64,000 bases of DNA from a virus (Duplodnaviria; Caudoviricetes), in IMG/VR virus record IMGVR_UViG_3300014204_000120, positions 73,850 to 137,849 of that record, one strand, 5' to 3'. Within the stretch, counting starts at the first letter, position 1; each line of letters opens with the position of its first letter. A model generated the notes under the pieces. The model was given only the letters and a program-made list of their open reading frames with translations. It was not told the DNA's origin and searched no databases. Both the position numbers and the translations under genes were made by a program. Below, piece after piece: positions 59,400-64,000 of this stretch.

Positions 59400-59684
59400 A
59401 TGGCAAGAGTAGACCAAATTGGTACAACTAGCACGTCAATTATAACTGATAAAAAGTATACCAAAATAATCTATCATACCACTCCTGTTGTTAAATTCAG
59501 TGAAAAATTCATTATTCTTAACAACGGTGGATATCAAACAAATACCACCAAACACCGTATGAATCAAACAAGTAATGAATTTGGGCTCAATTTCTTCGTT
59601 TACACGTTTGCCCACAAATGGTATGTACAGTGCCCAAATAAGAAGATCATATTATTTAAAAACAATATGAGAATTAAAAGGTAA
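59400..59684 (+). CDS. Conserved phage early hypothetical protein
   Basis: YH.T.VV...LN.GGY.T.TTK.RMNQ. Confidence 0.65.
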   Translation: MARVDQIGTTSTSIITDKKYTKIIYHTTPVVKFSEKFIILNNGGYQTNTTKHRMNQTSNEFGLNFFVYTFAHKWYVQCPNKKIILFKNNMRIKR

Positions 59685-59950
59685 TTATGCATAGATAAAT
59701 ATGAAACTTAAAGATTATATTAAACCGTCTAATCATTCTGATGATACTATATGCTGTTTAGTTCATCATAATATCCTGGTTAAAGTTAATAATGATATTA
59801 TTTTTAAAATTGAAAACATAAGAGACATAGGCCCTCCAAATAATTTTTCAAGCCAATATACTGTTAATTTTTATATCAATAATTTTGTTGCTTCTAAAGT
59901 TTATGTTCCAGTTCATTCATGTGTAATATCTGAAATGGTGGATATATTAA

Positions 59951-60172
59951 ATGAAACTAAGTAACATTAAAAATAAAAGTAATGCCAATTTTCAAATAGC
60001 AGTTAAAATTCAGTGACGTGTAGAAAATAAAATCGAATCATATATTAACTATGCTCTTACTTTTAATTATGGATTATATCTGAATGCACAACGTGTTTTT
60101 GATTTTGAAAATATAACAAATACTTGTTTTTATATTGATGATCAAATTAAAGAAACTAAGAAAATTAAATAA
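59951..60172 (+). pseudogene. MKL-family ORF with an in-frame TGA at 60014-60016
   Basis: MKLSNIKNK...KIQ*RVENKI...DDQIKETKKIK; the frame stays open for 51 codons after the stop and ends with the family tail. Confidence 0.65.
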
Positions 60173-60247
60173 TTGTCATAGTCAAACTGGTACTTTTAGA
60201 GGTAGAAATAAAAAGAATTGTTAGTAAGCTTTATGCTCTTTGAAATT

Positions 60248-60532
60248 GCCGCTGTGGTGGAATGGCAGACACTGGGGACTCAAAATGGGTCGCTTATCTT
60301 GAAAAGGATAAGTAGTAAGGTGTAAATTCGATGAACGGCTCTCTGAAATGGAAACCCAACGTCGAGCGAAGCCCGAAAGGGAACGTGTAGAGACTATAAT
60401 CACCCACCTAAAGCTGAAGCTATGGCGAAGGCATAGTCCAGACCACAAACATTTATATGGTAGCGAAAGCTATAGTGGTAAGTAAAATCCCCTGGCCGTA
60501 AGGCCGTCCCGGTTCAAGTCCGGGCAGCGGCA
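60248..60532 (+). tRNA. trnL: tRNA-Leu(UAA), intron-containing; exons 60248-60280 and 60483-60532; no encoded CCA
   Basis: Acceptor GCCGCTG/CAGCGGC plus A73; D-arm GTGGAATGGCAGACAC; spliced anticodon arm GGGGA-CT^TAA-AA-TCCCC; variable arm GGCC-GTAA-GGCC; T-arm CCCGG-TTCAAGT-CCGGG. Confidence 0.92.
60281..60482 (+). ncRNA. Group I self-splicing intron (202 nt, compact IC3-like, no ORF)
   Basis: P1 GACUC/GGGUC with U60280-G60288 wobble; P2 cttatctt-gaaa-aggataag; P4 ttcgatg/cgtcgag; P7 gacta(60392)/tagtc(60434) within R gtagagacta and S gaaggcatagtcc; P9 tagc-gaaa-gcta; terminal G60482. Confidence 0.9.
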
Positions 60533-63500
60533 TTTAATTATTATAATCAATTATGAAACTAAAACATATAACAAAATTAGATCAAATCCAAGCAACGGTT
60601 TGGCATGATATTAGATCTTATAACCCTTATAGCTCAATCAGTTCTAATGTCATGCTTCAATTCTATCATAATATTCAGGAACAAGTTAATGAAACTAAAT
60701 AAAACTAAACAAAATATTTTAAACTATCAGACAGCGGGTCCTAAATTTGTTAATTTTTATTCTGTACTATGGGATGATTGCCATAAATCTAATCCTCAAT
60801 TATTCATGTTATGGCAGGAATTTCGTACAAAAATTCCTAATCCTAGACAATTAAATATTGGAAACCCATAAATGAAACTAAAGAATTATACTTATAAAGA
60901 TAATACTGATTTTGGTACTATGACGTCAAAGTTGAATGAATTTTATCTAATTTGGTGGAAAACTTTAGGTGTATTCGCTTATGCGTTACAGTTAAAATAT
61001 AAGAACTTAGATTTAGATATATTAGTTAATCTTAAAAGGAGTATAGATGAAACTAAGGGATGTAACAAGTAAATTATGCGTTTTTGATTATTCTTATAAT
61101 ATACATGCAAAAATGAATGATATTTTATATGATAATTTATCTGTTGAAGCAAGGTTTCATATAATATTATTAGGTATACTGAATAATGATTGGATGTTTA
61201 TAAAGGATGCTATAGATGAAGTTAAAAGATATAGTTAATTTAATTAGTGTAAAAACAACTATAGGAGTAATTGAATATGTTATTTGTTCAAATAATATGG
61301 ATAATATAATGTTTAGAAATCTTATAATGCAGTTAGAACAAAATAAATTAATGACAATAGATATTAAGTTTAGGTATATATTTTTACGTGATGTGTTAGG
61401 ATTTATGGGAAACGAAATAGATAGATTAACTAAGGTTATATGAAACTAAATCAATTCATTAATCCAAATAAACTCATTAAGTCTATACTCAAAACTAATA
61501 ATACTATATCGACTAATACTGATAGGTTATTGATTCAAATGTGCATAGAACAAATAGAATGGGATACTTTTGAAAATATAGATGATAAATTTTTAGGTAT
61601 ATTAGATAGATCTGACTATTGGACCTTACTTGATGGGTTAGTATATGAAATTAATAAAAATTAAAGATATTGGATATTTAGCTTGGCCTATAACCGATAA
61701 TATAGTGTGTGAGATGTGGGATATATTTAATGATGAACTTTATTATTTAGATTGGGATTTTAAGGGTAGGTTTTTAACTTTGTTATTTAGTGAAATTAAT
61801 TTATTGAAGGAGAATCTTAGTGAATTTAAAGAAGATAAATGAAAAGTTATGTGATGATTTATATAATGAATTAATGAAGCTTGTATATAAGCAGGTGGCA
61901 GATGATAATTTAAAGCCTCATCATTTTAATAAGCTTTTAACTTTAAACAATAAGGATAATATAAATTGGCATATGATAATAGATTGTATAAATGAGAATA
62001 TTATAAATGCGGTAGTAAAATGAAGTTAATAGAACTAAAAAATCGTAATTTAGTATATATGTCTAGTATTAAGTTTATATCTGATTGGATAATTGGTATG
62101 AGAAAGGAAGTTCATATATCTATGTTATTACAGAATAGTAAATGGACTTGTATGGATGTTCCTGTATATATAAATGATGCTGTAGATAAGGAGTTATATG
62201 AAGTTAAAAGAGGTTGGTAATAAATATATGAGTTATCCTATAGCAATAAATCATTTATTTAATAGGACTTATGATATTATTGTTGGTGGCCTGACATATA
62301 ATTTGGATGAGTTATTTATTAGATTAGATGTATTGGATGTTAATTTACTTATGATTATGATAGACGATATAATAGATGAGGAGTTAATCAAATGAGGTTA
62401 GGAGATTATATAGGCGTAGATATAATGGATGATATGTACTGGGAGTTAATAATGATTAATAAGAACATAAATGTTTTTAGTGATATTAAAAGAAATATAA
62501 GTTGGTTATTACCTAAATGTATATATCAAACGAAAATAGATTTAAATAGATATGATAGTTTAAAGACTTTAATAGAATTAGAAATATATGATACTTATGG
62601 ACTTAGGTGACTAAATGAAGTTAAAAGAACTATTACATAAACCTTATACATGTGGTTCGTGTATGGGAGATATTAGTATAAAGATATGTGGATTAATTGT
62701 TTTATCTATTAATATAAATTTACTTAATTGGAAGAGCAGTTTAAATGAATTACTTATACTGAGGATAATAAGTGAAGGTATAAATGAAAATAAAAGAATT
62801 AAAGTATAATTTAGTTTATAGTGATGTGATATGTGATTCTTTGAATTATATTAGATTTTTGGAATTGAGATTAGATATGGATAATTCAATATCTTATAAG
62901 GTACTTATGAATTTATGGATACCTGCTTCACATACGAATGGAAGGAATATAATAGATAATGAGTTAAAGGAGATATATGAAGTTAAGTGAGATTAGAAGT
63001 AGTTTAGATATTTTGCCTGATTTATTAAGGAATATTTTTTATAATAGTATTGAGCTTAAGATATATGAAGCAGGGTTATGGCGTAAGTTAATAAATTTAC
63101 ATCATAATAATATTAGAATAGAGTATAATGTACATTCAAGGGTTATAGATTTAATTTATCCTATTCTTATTAGAGGTCTTAATGAAACTAAAAGAGATTA
63201 ATAATTGTTTAGAGATGGATATGCAGATATTCGATAGTATATTTTTGAGAGGAGTTGAGATAAGTATTAAAAACATTAATTATAGAATTAAAATTGGTAT
63301 AAATTTAAAAATGAACTTAGGATTATGGCATCAAGCATATTTTAATATAAAGAATGAATTAAATGAAACTAAATGAAATAAAAAACTATTCACAAATGCG
63401 TATACAAGTATCAGTTAAGGTATATAAAGAACTTAAATCTTTATTAAATTTAGTACCTTATATACCTCAAATAGATACATGTATAAGGCAAAATATACCT

Positions 63501-64000
63501 TATGTATGGAGGCTGGTTTATTATAGAATAAAAGATGAAATTAATGAAACATTTAAATATACATTGATAGATAACGGTAGCTAATTTTGTTGAAAGAAAA
63601 ATATATGGAACTAAATAGCCACAGATTTATAGAAAATAAGAAATACCAATTTATGTCTCGAATTAATCAAATAGTTAAGGATCAAATTAGTTTTCATGAT
63701 TGGGACAATGTTCTAAATCAGGTTAGTTTTAAAGTAGATTCTAGGGTATGGTCTTATCTATACTTTGAAGTTAGAGGTAAAATAAATGAAACTAATAGAT
63801 CTTAAAATATCAGAAACCAACCATAATAATATCAGATCTATTTTAGGCACTATAGAAAATCACATATACGAACAAACTTGGCAAAACGGATATAAAACTG
63901 TTATGGATATTAATGTTAGAAAACATATTCAAATTAAACTAAGACAATGTTATCATCAAATTTTAAATCAAGTAATATATGAAACTAAATAACTTTAAAA

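Larger units (their letters stand above)
57874..64000 (+). repeat. Tandem array of about 27 small (about 50-90 aa) MKL-family ORFs, continuing past the window end
   Basis: Starts at 57874, 58094, 58303, 58521, 58699, 58864, 59701, 59951, 60553, 60689, 60872, 61047, 61216, 61440, 61645, 61820, 62020, 62198, 62392, 62615, 62784, 62977, 63182, 63363, 63605, 63786, 63979; recurrent junction (A)ATGAA[AG][CT]TAA. Confidence 0.8.

Noticed and set aside
60248-60290. tRNA-Leu(CAA) call
   Set aside because: CAAAA belongs to the intron; the complementary TCCCC stem strand only appears at 60488, preceded by TAAAA
57874-64000. CRISPR array or diversity-generating retroelement
   Set aside because: The repeat is only about 10 nt, the intervening DNA is about 200 bp of coding sequence, and no cas gene, reverse transcriptase or adenine-specific TR/VR pair is visible
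1-64000. Stop-codon reassignment
   Set aside because: Conserved enzymes are full length in code 11, and TAA, TGA and TAG all end genes; only one isolated in-frame TGA was found

Overview
The window is a very AT-rich, densely coding segment of a large tailed phage genome (probably jumbo, with T4-like signals). Essentially all real genes are on the + strand and use genetic code 11. In order it contains: (1) the end of a sugar/nonulosonic-acid modification cluster (1-5289); (2) about 23 genes behind T4-type TATAAATA late promoters, most sharing an N-terminal [FY]xx[FY][YFIL]...E tag like the T4 capsid-targeting sequence, including a CCA-adding enzyme, a GNAT and a HAD nucleotidase (5322-21555); (3) an NAD-dependent DNA ligase split into two genes, with a radical SAM enzyme and six proteins beginning MK[IV]RxGFVSNSS[ST]SS[FY] between the halves (21891-28386); (4) a complete deamidating NAD+ salvage route (PncA, PncB, NadD, NadE) plus an ADP-ribose-type NUDIX (31000-38718); (5) assorted accessory enzymes; (6) an early region with repeated TTGACA-N17-TATATT promoters, genes with no TTA codons and a three-unit attC-like cassette array (53027-57862); (7) a tRNA-Leu(UAA) gene interrupted by a 202-nt group I intron; and (8) a tandem array of about 27 small, divergent, overlapping MKL... 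ORFs running off the right edge. Family names come from motif recognition by eye, not from database searches.
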